Positions 1 through 9,968 of a stretch of 48,096 nucleotides of DNA are shown one piece after another. Numbering within the stretch: the first letter of the stretch is position 1; the number at the start of each line of letters is the position of its first letter. The notes under the pieces were generated by a model. That model worked only from the letters and a program-made list of their open reading frames with translations, had not been told where the DNA came from and did not search any database. Source of the DNA: a virus (Duplodnaviria; Caudoviricetes); the IMG/VR virus record IMGVR_UViG_3300042191_000051, positions 1-48,096 of that record. One strand, 5' to 3'. Position numbers and translations under genes: made by a program.

Positions 1-126
1 GCCGTATTTGTCATCGAAACCGGTCCTGCCTTCGCGAATCATGTTAAGCATCGACTTGATTGCTTCTGCCTGCCTGGTCCCGAGTTTCACATTGCCGGAT
101 AGCGCCTTGTTAACAGCGCCCTTAAG
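1..126. repeat. Terminal overlap, copy 1 (circularity signature)
   Basis: Bases 1-126 are identical to 47970-48095; base 127 (c) differs from 48096 (a). An ORF reads through the join in frame. Confidence 0.97.
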
Positions 127-1632
127 CTGGTCTACGGTAATTCCTATGTTCGACGAAAGACCCTGAAACCACGCTGGATTCGATGACGGAAGGCGAACGG
201 TATCCTCATATTCCTGTTTGGTGCTACCGTCAGCACGCTTATTTCCGCCGACCTGAACAATGCCCATGCCTCCGCCCTTTATCAGTTCTTGCAGCATATG
301 TTTCAGCGGAGCGCGGTAATCCTCGCGCATCATTCTCGGGTCAAATTCGGTCCAGTTTCCGTTTTCATCTTTTGCCAATGGCGTCTGACTGCGACTGACC
401 GATTTCGTGAGATCAGGTTGCGCCACCCAAGCCTCTGGTTCTGCCGTTGGCGCAGAATCAGGCTCGTTGGTTGGCTCGAGTGGCGCAATTTCTTCAACCG
501 GCAACTGTTCACCGGCATCTTCAATTTCTTCTGCCTGCAACGGAATAGGCAATAACTCAGGCTCGATCTCGGCAACAGGCAACTGTTCACCGGCATCCTC
601 GACTGGAATTTCTTCTGCCATAACCGGTTCTGGTAACTCTATCGGATCAGGGTAAACGACTGGTAATTGTTCATCGGCAGTTTCGAATTCTGCATTTTCC
701 ATCCAGTCGTTTCTGGTGGCTTCTTCTGCCAGTGTGCGACGTGATATTTCATCCAGTGCGGCTTCTTCATCGGAAATATTCGCCGGGAGCACATCCAGAG
801 CCGGAGCGGCCTCTTCATTGCCTTTCTGCAACGATCCAAGCGACAGACCAGCGCCCATACCAGCGCCGACAGACGCCGCGTAACCGGTGCGCTCTAGAAA
901 ATCTACCCATCCCTTGAATTTTTCGCCCTGAATAACCGTTTCATCACCAATCGACAGCGCCTCAGTAACAAACTCAGAACCGGCCTCGGCAACAATCTGA
1001 GTAAGGTATTTCTTCACGCCGCCGGTTACGCCAAGGCGATCAAAGAATCCAAACATTTTTTCCGGGCCGATTTCGTAAGCAGTAGACCGCATTGCTTTAA
1101 GCGCGGCTTCATCTGGCGTGGCACCATTGGCCATTTCATCGTTATAAACCTGTCCGAATACTTGACCGCCCATAGCAGAAAGACCGGCATTCGGTGATTT
1201 AGTGACCATTGAGGTTACAACGGATGGAGCCATTTGAAGCGTTCCATCGACAACATCAGTAACCCACTTCAGGGCCGGATGTTTTGGCTTCAGCAATTCG
1301 GCGGTTGAGGTCATGTCCTCGCCAAACTCACGTATCGGAGCAACACCTGGCTTCTTGTAATCCCTTCCGAGCGCGTTATAGACCTGCCCGGGCGGACTCC
1401 AATCGTAGATTGTTTCGAGCAAACCAGCGCCGGATTGCGCCATAGCGCCAAGGAATTGACTTCCGCGGCCGCTTGCATAATCCCTCAAGGAAAGACCTTC
1501 AGACGGGTCTGGTTCGTTGCCCTGTATAGCAGTTACTTGCGGGGATGACTCTACCGGTTCAAAATCCGCACTCGCCAGCCAGTCCGGCGCGTCCTGGGTT
1601 TCAAACTCCGCGTTATCCAGCCAACTTGCCAC
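1..1632 (-). CDS. N-terminal part of giant (~2,086 aa) virion DNA-ejection protein, continuing at 47969 down to 43341
   Basis: Not in the ORF track. GTG at 1632 overlaps the TAG of the upstream gene (TAGTG). My manual translation (MASWLDNAEFETQDAPDW...DQLKGAVNKALSGNVKLGTRQ) has no stop and joins ORF 43341..48059 in frame. Confidence 0.85.
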   Translation of the reverse strand, partial: MASWLDNAEFETQDAPDWLASADFEPVESSPQVTAIQGNEPDPSEGLSLRDYASGRGSQFLGAMAQSGAGLLETIYDWSPPGQVYNALGRDYKKPGVAPIREFGEDMTSTAELLKPKHPALKWVTDVVDGTLQMAPSVVTSMVTKSPNAGLSAMGGQVFGQVYNDEMANGATPDEAALKAMRSTAYEIGPEKMFGFFDRLGVTGGVKKYLTQIVAEAGSEFVTEALSIGDETVIQGEKFKGWVDFLERTGYAASVGAGMGAGLSLGSLQKGNEEAAPALDVLPANISDEEAALDEISRRTLAEEATRNDWMENAEFETADEQLPVVYPDPIELPEPVMAEEIPVEDAGEQLPVAEIEPELLPIPLQAEEIEDAGEQLPVEEIAPLEPTNEPDSAPTAEPEAWVAQPDLTKSVSRSQTPLAKDENGNWTEFDPRMMREDYRAPLKHMLQELIKGGGMGIVQVGGNKRADGSTKQEYEDTVRLPSSNPAWFQGLSSNIGITVDQLKGAVNKALSGNVKLGTRQAEAIKSMLNMIREGRTGFDDKYG

Positions 1633-2471
1633 TATTTTTGGCCTTTGTATCTTTGCTTGACTCCGTTCACAATCACCCATGTTCCCGGTGCCGGCGGTGC
1701 TGATAATGTCTCAGCCGGTATCGCCGTTTCTGGAGTGCTTCCATCCATGACGCCTGACATAAGACCCGTTGGAGTACCCTTTTCACCATCAAGCAATCCT
1801 GAGTTTACAAGATCCCTAAACTTTTCAATCGCGTACTGTTCATCGTTAAGAGTTGGATCATCTTTCAAGTTAGTTCGTTTCCAATGAGCATATCCACCAA
1901 TTTCTTCTGGAAAAACATATTGCTCGAACCGTGAATCAGTGACCTTCTGATACAGCGGTTCACCATTCGTTCCAGTCTTCCGGCGCTGTTCAGAAAGGGC
2001 GGTAGAAGCATCAGTCTGCGCTCTGACTTTTTCCTGCTCTAGCCGAGAATCAACTGTCGGAGCAACATTAGGACCGCTCATCATTGCACCGCGGCCAGCG
2101 ATAGCCTGAAACATATTGCTCATTTCAGGTGTAACAGAAGATGAATCAGTCCTGAACTTATCCATCAATTCACCCTGAAAATCAACTTCCTGCTTTGTGC
2201 CGCGCGCGGTTTGTGCCGCATTCATTTCGCTTGCAAGTTTCGCGATGATCGCCACGTTATTTGGATCAGTCATATCCAACATATCTTGCAATTGACCGCC
2301 AGCCTTATCGGTACGTCCAGCCATGTTCGCATCCGAAACACGCTTATCCATCAAAGCCATTGCAGACCTGGCAGCAGTCAACCTACGCTGTTCAAGGTTA
2401 TAAGCATCCTGCTCTGTTACGGGACCGCCAGCTATGGCTTTCATCGCGCTTCTTACACCCGGAAATGGCAT
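1632..2471 (-). CDS. Internal virion / ejection protein (279 aa)
   Basis: Probable start is ATG 2471 with TAAGGAG RBS; the longer track start overlaps the neighbouring gene. Helical Ala/Gln-rich sequence just before the giant gene. Confidence 0.6.
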   Translation of the reverse strand: MPFPGVRSAMKAIAGGPVTEQDAYNLEQRRLTAARSAMALMDKRVSDANMAGRTDKAGGQLQDMLDMTDPNNVAIIAKLASEMNAAQTARGTKQEVDFQGELMDKFRTDSSSVTPEMSNMFQAIAGRGAMMSGPNVAPTVDSRLEQEKVRAQTDASTALSEQRRKTGTNGEPLYQKVTDSRFEQYVFPEEIGGYAHWKRTNLKDDPTLNDEQYAIEKFRDLVNSGLLDGEKGTPTGLMSGVMDGSTPETAIPAETLSAPPAPGTWVIVNGVKQRYKGQK

Positions 2472-2488
2472 TACTCTGCTCCTTAAAG

Positions 2489-3067
2489 TTACTTTCCGCC
2501 GCCCATACCGCTCGCATACCCTGACAGTCCGGACCCAGCCATTGCAAGCCACGGATTATCCCGGTGCCGTGCGGCACGCAACTGAGCCAGAAATGTATCC
2601 TGCTCCTGGTTGCGATCAGATCGCATGAGATCCATGCCGAGATTACCCGCGCTCGTACCTTCAGCCTGGCGCTGGTTTCCGGCGGCATCAACCCCGGCCA
2701 GTAGGCTCGCTATCGTGCCGGCATAATCCGTTGCGCCTGTTTTCGCCTGATCGGCACCCGTCTTATAGGCGCTGCTCGTACTGCCACTGGTATCCAGTCC
2801 GGCCAAACCTTGCAATCGTTTCTTCTGGATTGTATCCATGAACTGCTGCTGCAAATCCTGTTTGAACGGGAGAACATTCGACTTTGCAGTTTTATCCAGG
2901 TTTTCGTTAATCTTGCGATCAGCCTGTTTCTGTTCTTCCGACGTTTTCCGAATACCTTGCGCTATTTCAGCATCACGCTTCTTATTCGTTTGCGATGTGT
3001 TGTATTGCTGAACACCAGCACCAATCAATGCGATAACGGCCGGAACCCATGCTGCTTCAGTACCCAT
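2489..3067 (-). CDS. Ejection/pilot protein (192 aa)
   Basis: Hydrophobic Gly/Ala N-terminus (WVPAVIALIGAG), Gln-rich coil and Gly-rich C-terminus, typical of small podovirus ejection proteins; position fits. Confidence 0.6.
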   Translation of the reverse strand: MGTEAAWVPAVIALIGAGVQQYNTSQTNKKRDAEIAQGIRKTSEEQKQADRKINENLDKTAKSNVLPFKQDLQQQFMDTIQKKRLQGLAGLDTSGSTSSAYKTGADQAKTGATDYAGTIASLLAGVDAAGNQRQAEGTSAGNLGMDLMRSDRNQEQDTFLAQLRAARHRDNPWLAMAGSGLSGYASGMGGGK

Positions 3068-3687
3068 TACGTTGCTCCTGCTACCCGTGTTGACGTAGAC
3101 GCTCTTGGCCCATACAGTGTTCCAAATTCCTGCCCTTGCCGACGCTCACCGGCGGATTTACGACTTGCCGTGAACAGATCACCAAAGTCCGTAAACCAAC
3201 TATCGAAATTATTTTCAGACTGCGTGTTCTTTGCAATCCCAATGTTATTCTGCATCGACCGCAAAGCATTGCTTGTTGCCGTTGTCATATCCAGACCACC
3301 CAGGGCCTGGCCAAATAACCCGAGTTTTGCTTCCTGATCTGCAGCGCGTAACTGGTTTCCGGCGCCCTGTGCCTTGCGTTCAGCTTCAACCGCGGCCCTG
3401 AGATACGCTTCAGTCAAATTGCGGTTCTGGTCAATATCGGTAGACCCTCCCGGCAAACCACTCCGAGCCAGTGCAAATTTCAACCCGCGATCATTTTTAA
3501 GTTTTGTTCGATCCAGATCCTGTTGCAGATACCCGCGTGTTGAATTAATGAAATCCTGAATATCAGCTTCCCTTTTCGGATCAGAATATATCCCCTCGAT
3601 CCGCCTCTGAGTTCTTTCAATGTTAGCGCGGCGTTCATCCTCCGCCCTTTGCGCCTGCTTTGATGCTTTGCTGCTGCTGCTACCCAT
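3067..3687 (-). CDS. Internal virion protein (206 aa)
   Basis: MGSSSS start, coiled-coil, coupled to neighbours, directly downstream of the GNAT-like gene. Confidence 0.55.
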   Translation of the reverse strand: MGSSSSKASKQAQRAEDERRANIERTQRRIEGIYSDPKREADIQDFINSTRGYLQQDLDRTKLKNDRGLKFALARSGLPGGSTDIDQNRNLTEAYLRAAVEAERKAQGAGNQLRAADQEAKLGLFGQALGGLDMTTATSNALRSMQNNIGIAKNTQSENNFDSWFTDFGDLFTASRKSAGERRQGQEFGTLYGPRASTSTRVAGAT

Positions 3688-4162
3688 TGGAAGGCTCCTT
3701 GAATCTCACATAAATAACCATGTCTTCACCGTTGAAACCAAAGTTTTTACAGGTGCTTTCATATTGCATCTTCAATCCGCGCTCGTACCATTCGCAAGCC
3801 GCGGCCCTCGTTTTCAATGCTGCTGTCTGCAAACGCCGTACATCTTTGTTCTTCAGTAATTCATCCATGATGAACCTGGACTGCTTGGTGATGCTACGCC
3901 AATACTTCTTCCAGAATTCATCTGTACCGACCATCCAGGACTGCCACACGCCGGGGATCTGCTCTTCCCAACCGCCAGCGCACACAACAACCCCTTCATT
4001 GTTCATCAAACCAAATTTAACGCCAGGCCGCTGATAAAACGCAAGCGCAGCCGCCTCAAAATCCCACGGCCCGACCAGTGATTCATATTGGGCTATTTCA
4101 TCTTCCCGAGCCGCGTAACACAGCCCTAAAAGATCCATTAATGTCGGTTCAACAAGTTTCAT
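3680..4162 (-). CDS. GNAT-fold protein (T7 gp13-like position)
   Basis: Pattern VVCAGG...WMVGT...VRRLQTAAL...EWYERGLKMQYES...GFNGED; sits between nozzle and ejection genes. Confidence 0.65.
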   Translation of the reverse strand: MKLVEPTLMDLLGLCYAAREDEIAQYESLVGPWDFEAAALAFYQRPGVKFGLMNNEGVVVCAGGWEEQIPGVWQSWMVGTDEFWKKYWRSITKQSRFIMDELLKNKDVRRLQTAALKTRAAACEWYERGLKMQYESTCKNFGFNGEDMVIYVRFKEPSNG

Positions 4163-4638
4163 TTCCCAATGTCCATGTCTTCAACGTAAATCTGCAGAGC
4201 ATTCCATTCCCATGCTTCAGTCGAATTGTACGTCAATCTTATCGAAAATGATGGTGCCATCAAAGGGATCGGGATAATTTGCCCAGGAGCCGTATCATTC
4301 GGGATCGTGAACGGAGTCGTGAAACCAAGGATATTCGACTGATCGTAACCAATCTCAATATCACACTCGCCTTCACCGACATTATCGAAACCGACAAACA
4401 TTTTCTCCCGGCCCGGGGATCCGAAATCCAGCCACGGCCACTGGATGACGGAATCGAAATCCACGCCATCATCGTATTTTTCATGCTCAACGGCCACTGA
4501 AACATTGTCACCGTGGCGCATATACAACGTGTCTTTCAAATGGGCAAAATGCTCTATGACAAACGGGAACCGATAGTGGCTCCACTTGCCGGCCTTGCCG
4601 CCTTGATTCATTGTGTAAATCCAGACTTCATTGCTCAT
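4159..4638 (-). CDS. Tail nozzle / head-closure protein, C-terminal fragment (159 aa)
   Basis: EVWIYTM..GKWSHYRFPF and IQWPWLDFGSPGREKMFVGFD resemble the C-terminal part of P22 gp10/T7 gp12-like nozzle proteins. TAATG coupling to the upstream gene. Confidence 0.6.
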   Translation of the reverse strand: MSNEVWIYTMNQGGKAGKWSHYRFPFVIEHFAHLKDTLYMRHGDNVSVAVEHEKYDDGVDFDSVIQWPWLDFGSPGREKMFVGFDNVGEGECDIEIGYDQSNILGFTTPFTIPNDTAPGQIIPIPLMAPSFSIRLTYNSTEAWEWNALQIYVEDMDIGK

Positions 4639-7600
4639 TATTGCACCTGATAAACTATCTGGAGTCTTATCCAGTTGGCCGCTTTAGGATTGGTATTCTT
4701 GGCATTGAAAATGTACGTTTCCCCCGGAACCGCTTGGAATGATCCATACCCAGGATTATTTATTCCCACCTTAATACTTGATCCGCCCTCGCCCCAAATA
4801 GCCGTTGGAGCTGTGTTGAAATCACCGACTGTTTTATTAAGCGCGCCCGTCCTTGTTGTATCAACAGAAGTTATAGTTACCGTTGTAAAAGTCACCTTTA
4901 CAACATCTGATGTAACTGGAATTTTAATTGGGATAAATATGCCACCGGCAGGGATTATGAGCATTTTATCGTAAATAACACCCGATCCAAACTCGACACC
5001 AAATACACTTGCAAACGGCGTTGACCCGGACAGATCAACGACTGAAGTCGCATTCGTCGTGTCCCACTTCTTGATCTTGGCATTGCCTGTATCTGAAGCC
5101 GTGACGATATAATAATTACCGCCAGTCGGAACCGTGATGTAATCTGAATCTGATCCCGGTGTGTAAATAACGGAGTCAAGGACAATTCCGGCAGCATCGA
5201 CCAGTATCATGATTCCCTCTGCCATCGAACCATCATCAATGAACTGGAGCCTGTTTCCGCCATCCAGTGTATTTACCAGACTGGCAACAGGGGTTAATGA
5301 ACCACCGATTGCGAACACGGCTTCAAAGTCATCGTCTTCAATCGTTGTTCCAAACGTGGCAAGGAATGTTGTTTCAGTGGTCAGTGATAGATTAATCCAT
5401 CCGTTTCCGTCCATGTTATCCCAATAAGGAAATACTATTGTCGGCGGCAACCCAGGAGTATAGCCACCACCACCACCGTTCATCAAAAGCGTTATTTCTG
5501 CTTCTGTGACTGAATAAGTTTCTCTGAATCCGCGCAGTTCACGCCAATAGTTGACAGCTTCCGGGTTTCTTAGAATAGTAAATTCTGTTCCAGCGGGGAA
5601 AGATCCATTGTATAAAACAGCATCCCCCCAAACACCATCAACTCCGATATTCATCTGACCGCCGCCAAATACGACACCACAACGATACTTCTGCGTGGCA
5701 GTAACGGTAATGGGCACCGTTGCCACATTGGTCCCGTCCGTTGAGGTCAATAATTGTGTGTCATAATCGTAATAGAGCAGGCCGGTAGATCCATTCAGGG
5801 ACAGGATTTCAACATCCCTGCTTATCTCAGAATGTGAGAACATGGGTCGCCATTCAATGTAATAGCCGCCTTGAGTATCATAATGATTAGCCAAATCCAT
5901 ATACAGTTGAGTTATATCAATGACTGAACTGGGCGTTGATTTTGGTTCTGTGACGCAACCACGCACCAGACCAATGGTTGCCGGGTAAAGAATTACCGCA
6001 TTACCATGAATAATATTTCCAAGAGAAGCGTCAGATTCAACGGCAGGATAAACAGAAAACCAAGCGGCATTATTTATGTTATTGCCGCCATCAATACCAT
6101 TTGCCGTTGATTGACAATATACCTCCCACCAGTTACCGGCATCTCTTATTTCTACTGCTGCGTTTACATCGGTGGATGATGGGCTAAGAATAATATCGCC
6201 AGTTCCAAGATGGAATTGTGCCGCCGTAAATCCTGCCGTCCCTACACAGTGTTGTAAAAACAAAAGCGAATATCCAGTGGCGGCAAGGTCTTTTCTGAAA
6301 TAACCGATTGATACAATCGTGTCGGTTCCACCAATTGAAGATGCTGTGGAACGCCTTCTGTACTCGCCTTTAAGTGACGCACTGGCATCCGTGGCAGTTG
6401 ATGAATTATTTGCAATAGCGGGATCAAGTCCAGGTTGGTCAAGCGCAACCGTTAGTCCACCAGCTTTCGTCCATCCAGAATCAGTGAGATTATATGTCTC
6501 ACGCATTCTGTTATTAATTTGTGGACCAGAATAATAATACCACTGGCAATCAGGATAGTAGATTGGAACCACAGAACCGCCAGCATAGAGCTTATATTCC
6601 CCATCATCATTAGGTGCATACACATTATCAATTCGCGCGTCTAACAGATCACCAACACCCTCTATTATTCCTCCAATCCATGTACCAGCAACAACTCCGC
6701 TAACATGAAGCGATGGAGTAAGCGTTCCTATCTCCCATATCTCGTTACAGTTTCCAAGCGGAGTTGGTTCAAATTCTGGAACATTTGGATCGTCTGGATC
6801 AACTTCACCAGGCAATGACGATGTATACGGCGGAAACGCCAGCCAATATTGCCCCATGCTCGGGTAAAACGTGGCGATAGGATCAACGGTATCATTAACG
6901 TCCGCTTGAATGAGAATATCAACCGGGATACCTGCATCACCGGTTGCCAAATTGGTTGATCCGGCTGCAACGCCGACTGTTCTAACACCCAAAGCAGCAA
7001 GAAAAAATAGATCGTTTGAGACTGGTTGAACTGCTTTATGATGGCGCGATCCAATGCCTTCCATAGCATCCAGAAGGGCCATTGCCGCCGGATCAGGATC
7101 GATTTGCCAAACCTGGAAACTGCTTGGGCTCCAGACAGCCAGATTGCCACGATAAACACCCATCGCAGAAACGCCTATCTGTGCGCCCTGGTGCATTCCA
7201 GTAGGAAGAAAACCTGCGTCTTCCACCGTTGTCCAATCACGCGGATTAAGCGTGGCTGAGAAGCGGGTAATGTCATCATCACCAGCAAATATCTTTGAAG
7301 CGCCAATTGCAACTTCTCGCGTCTGAGGACAATTCGGATCATCAATATGTAGCCTGATGCACTCCCACGATATATTGTTGTCTGCAATAACGGCGCCAGG
7401 AGTTGTCGGCCAAACTGGCTCCGTTGATCCGGATGTCAGTATTGAATTTGCTTGCCATGTGACCGTTGTTCCGGCCACGGCTTCCCAGGTCACTTCGTTA
7501 TCGACTACCGTGCCACCGGCAGATGTTGGCCACGTTGGTTCTGATGCACCACTTAGACCAGAAGCGGCCTGAATAGCCTTGAATACCAAACCAGTGCTTG

Positions 7601-8144
7601 CGCCTGATTCAACGTAATCCCATGAGAAATTATCAAATCGTACCGTTCCTGTAGTGCTTAATGCGGTTGCGGCAACTTCGACGTATATCGCACCAGCCGG
7701 AACAACCGTTGAAACCGTGATATTATTCCACTCACCATCACTTCCAACTGTAAGATGATCGCCAGTTTTAGAACTTACCAGCGTGTAAATCAGGTCGCTG
7801 TAGAAATTCAGTTGCAAATACGCTTCTGAATCAGACCCGGCACCAAGATCGCAAACGGCCCTCAGGTTTATTGCATTTCCAGGAGTAACAGGTATCAGCG
7901 TGTCAGTTAAAACACTTCCGGATGTAACTGATCCTGATCCTGCAAACTTCGCAACCCACGTTCCTTCAAATGCCGTTGCGCCATCTTCATTAATGGTTAC
8001 ATTCGTCGATTTTGTCCAATCTGAATCACCGTCTTCAAATCCTGCATTCGGAATTTCTGCCCTTACAATTGGCAATACTGTTACCGGGCTTACAAGCGCA
8101 CCGGGGAGATATAGATTTCCAGCCTTCCACTGTTCAATGCTCAT
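4638..8144 (-). CDS. Tail nozzle middle fragment with carbohydrate-binding-like insert and ~730-aa beta-rich C-terminal extension (1168 aa)
   Basis: Propeller-like segment (KIFAGDDDITRFSAT...VYRGNLAVW...NDLFFLAALGVR...FYPSMGQYWLAF), CBM-like IPNAGFEDG...FDNFSW, SGxSEPTWPT modules, then a Gly/Thr/Ser-rich tail. Confidence 0.65.
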   Translation of the reverse strand: MSIEQWKAGNLYLPGALVSPVTVLPIVRAEIPNAGFEDGDSDWTKSTNVTINEDGATAFEGTWVAKFAGSGSVTSGSVLTDTLIPVTPGNAINLRAVCDLGAGSDSEAYLQLNFYSDLIYTLVSSKTGDHLTVGSDGEWNNITVSTVVPAGAIYVEVAATALSTTGTVRFDNFSWDYVESGASTGLVFKAIQAASGLSGASEPTWPTSAGGTVVDNEVTWEAVAGTTVTWQANSILTSGSTEPVWPTTPGAVIADNNISWECIRLHIDDPNCPQTREVAIGASKIFAGDDDITRFSATLNPRDWTTVEDAGFLPTGMHQGAQIGVSAMGVYRGNLAVWSPSSFQVWQIDPDPAAMALLDAMEGIGSRHHKAVQPVSNDLFFLAALGVRTVGVAAGSTNLATGDAGIPVDILIQADVNDTVDPIATFYPSMGQYWLAFPPYTSSLPGEVDPDDPNVPEFEPTPLGNCNEIWEIGTLTPSLHVSGVVAGTWIGGIIEGVGDLLDARIDNVYAPNDDGEYKLYAGGSVVPIYYPDCQWYYYSGPQINNRMRETYNLTDSGWTKAGGLTVALDQPGLDPAIANNSSTATDASASLKGEYRRRSTASSIGGTDTIVSIGYFRKDLAATGYSLLFLQHCVGTAGFTAAQFHLGTGDIILSPSSTDVNAAVEIRDAGNWWEVYCQSTANGIDGGNNINNAAWFSVYPAVESDASLGNIIHGNAVILYPATIGLVRGCVTEPKSTPSSVIDITQLYMDLANHYDTQGGYYIEWRPMFSHSEISRDVEILSLNGSTGLLYYDYDTQLLTSTDGTNVATVPITVTATQKYRCGVVFGGGQMNIGVDGVWGDAVLYNGSFPAGTEFTILRNPEAVNYWRELRGFRETYSVTEAEITLLMNGGGGGYTPGLPPTIVFPYWDNMDGNGWINLSLTTETTFLATFGTTIEDDDFEAVFAIGGSLTPVASLVNTLDGGNRLQFIDDGSMAEGIMILVDAAGIVLDSVIYTPGSDSDYITVPTGGNYYIVTASDTGNAKIKKWDTTNATSVVDLSGSTPFASVFGVEFGSGVIYDKMLIIPAGGIFIPIKIPVTSDVVKVTFTTVTITSVDTTRTGALNKTVGDFNTAPTAIWGEGGSSIKVGINNPGYGSFQAVPGETYIFNAKNTNPKAANWIRLQIVYQVQ

Positions 8145-8935
8145 GGCGTTACACCACCACCAGAACCACCAAAGAATGTTCTCGGTTTTGACCCACCAGG
8201 ATTTGTGTACCTATCATCTATCGTTCCATAGTCAACGTCATCGCCAGGAGTGGGCGGAGTTGTTTCGGTGCCAGTAAAGGCTTCTTCAATTACCGTAGAA
8301 CCATTTTCCGTGGGCCAGGTTGGCTCAGACGTACCTGAAGCCGGGTTTGTGCCCGTCGTTGCAATGCAGGTGTAATTAAATCCATTTCCTACCGTTGGTT
8401 CAATCACGTCATTTACCGCGCGCTGAACACCTGGCGCCCACACTGGTGCGGGAGATCCAATCCTTGTGGCCTTGTAGGCGTATCCGTTTGTAACCGATGG
8501 AAACACGCGATCACCGGGCTGGTAATCAGTATCAGCGACCCAAGCATCCAGTTCTTCAGCCCAATAATGCCACTGGCTTCCGTCTTCAAAAGCCGCAACA
8601 ACATAGATATTACCCATGAACGGCGCGGCAAAATGAATCGCACGAATAGCTGTATTCTGGTCTGTCGGGTGCCGGAGCGTTACGCAAACGTACCTGTCAT
8701 CGGTCATCGTTACCGGTGCGTGAGAGAAAACGTGCATTTTCCCATCGTGTGCAACCAGACCTTTTGTGCCGGCAGGAAGAACGGTATCAATCACAGTACC
8801 GGGGCGCGGCTTAATAGTCCCCGAGATCGTTATGTAGGCGTTCAGACAATCATAGAGCGTGGCGGGAGAAGCATTACCCTTCCGGCGTAGCCGGGTCATT
8901 CCCGCATTTGTTGTTGACAAACCAACGGCGCGCAA
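8141..8935 (-). CDS. Tail nozzle N-terminal fragment with small Trp-containing modules (264 aa)
   Basis: LYDCLNAYITISGTIKPRPG resembles nozzle N-termini; followed by WxADTxY/WAPG and SGTSEPTWPT modules; follows the adaptor gene. Confidence 0.55.
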   Translation of the reverse strand: MRAVGLSTTNAGMTRLRRKGNASPATLYDCLNAYITISGTIKPRPGTVIDTVLPAGTKGLVAHDGKMHVFSHAPVTMTDDRYVCVTLRHPTDQNTAIRAIHFAAPFMGNIYVVAAFEDGSQWHYWAEELDAWVADTDYQPGDRVFPSVTNGYAYKATRIGSPAPVWAPGVQRAVNDVIEPTVGNGFNYTCIATTGTNPASGTSEPTWPTENGSTVIEEAFTGTETTPPTPGDDVDYGTIDDRYTNPGGSKPRTFFGGSGGGVTP

Positions 8936-8938
8936 GAG

Positions 8939-9919
8939 TTATCTCCAGGTGCCTACAGGTTTATTTAAGACTTCCTCTTTATTGATCACGGTTCCATTGT
9001 TTCCAACTGGAATAAAACGCTTATTACCGAAAGTACCCTTGTTCAACTTGCTCAGGAAAACCTCAAGCTGACGGTAATATGTGCCAGCATCTTTCTGGCC
9101 GTAATGTGTTTTTGCATTGGCCAAAGCCATCAGAAAAATCAATTTATGGTCGATTGTCGTTACATCGGTATCCGCCGTAAATGGCAGCAATCCAAAATGA
9201 CCCTTGACGTAAATAACATAAGCCTTATCAGGTTCCGGCCATATTTCAAGATGATCCGTCCACTCGTAATCCTGGGGATAGCCTTGGCCGGTTTCGTTGA
9301 ACCGATTAACATTGATGCCCTCGCGCATTTTGTTCCACGTGGAACCGTCAACAACCCACTGTTCGCTGATCCGGCGCATATCAAGCGCCTTGTAGGTAAT
9401 CGTATTCAGGGTAACAGCGGCGCCGGCAGCCTCAGTGGTGAATGAACCGGCAGTTGTAGTCGTTAGTTTTAATGCCTCGACCGCGGCAACAACGAATGAT
9501 GTATCGCCGTTTAACGGAGATCCACTGATTGAGACTACCATCCCTGGGGTGAACCCGTCGGTAATAAAACTACCAGCTACGCGGGTTACATCGTCAACCA
9601 ATGGATCATTATTATTGAACGCAACGTCCGTCAATTCACCGGTACTGATCGATGGAATATCGTAATTTCGATTTCCCTGAGTGACGTTTATCCGCCACCA
9701 AATTTGATTACGCAGCGGAGAAAACCTTTCGTACATCTGCTCTTGAGCATCAATGAGAAAATCATTCAGGAGTTCATCCATGCCAGGCGGTGGAGCGGCC
9801 AATTGTGCCGCGTAGCCTAACCGGATCATTAAAGACTGACGGAGTTGTAAAAGGGTTTTTACCTTAAAACTGTATGCGGTGCCATCGTAGATAAGAGGCC
9901 CATTTATTCCACCAGACAT
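8939..9919 (-). CDS. Head-tail adaptor (gp4/gp11-like) with inserted beta domain
   Basis: TLLQLRQSLMIRLG, LLNDFLIDAQ, LEIWPEPD, DHKLIFLMALANAK motifs; GGAGG RBS. Confidence 0.65.
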   Translation of the reverse strand: MSGGINGPLIYDGTAYSFKVKTLLQLRQSLMIRLGYAAQLAAPPPGMDELLNDFLIDAQEQMYERFSPLRNQIWWRINVTQGNRNYDIPSISTGELTDVAFNNNDPLVDDVTRVAGSFITDGFTPGMVVSISGSPLNGDTSFVVAAVEALKLTTTTAGSFTTEAAGAAVTLNTITYKALDMRRISEQWVVDGSTWNKMREGINVNRFNETGQGYPQDYEWTDHLEIWPEPDKAYVIYVKGHFGLLPFTADTDVTTIDHKLIFLMALANAKTHYGQKDAGTYYRQLEVFLSKLNKGTFGNKRFIPVGNNGTVINKEEVLNKPVGTWR

Positions 9920-9968
9920 TTAAGACCTCCTGTAATCCGGCCCCAGTGATGGAGCCGGACTAGGGTTA

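Noticed and set aside
4638-4700. Programmed -1 frameshift joining the nozzle fragments
   Set aside because: No X XXY YYZ site seen in the short open window; TAATG suggests translational coupling.
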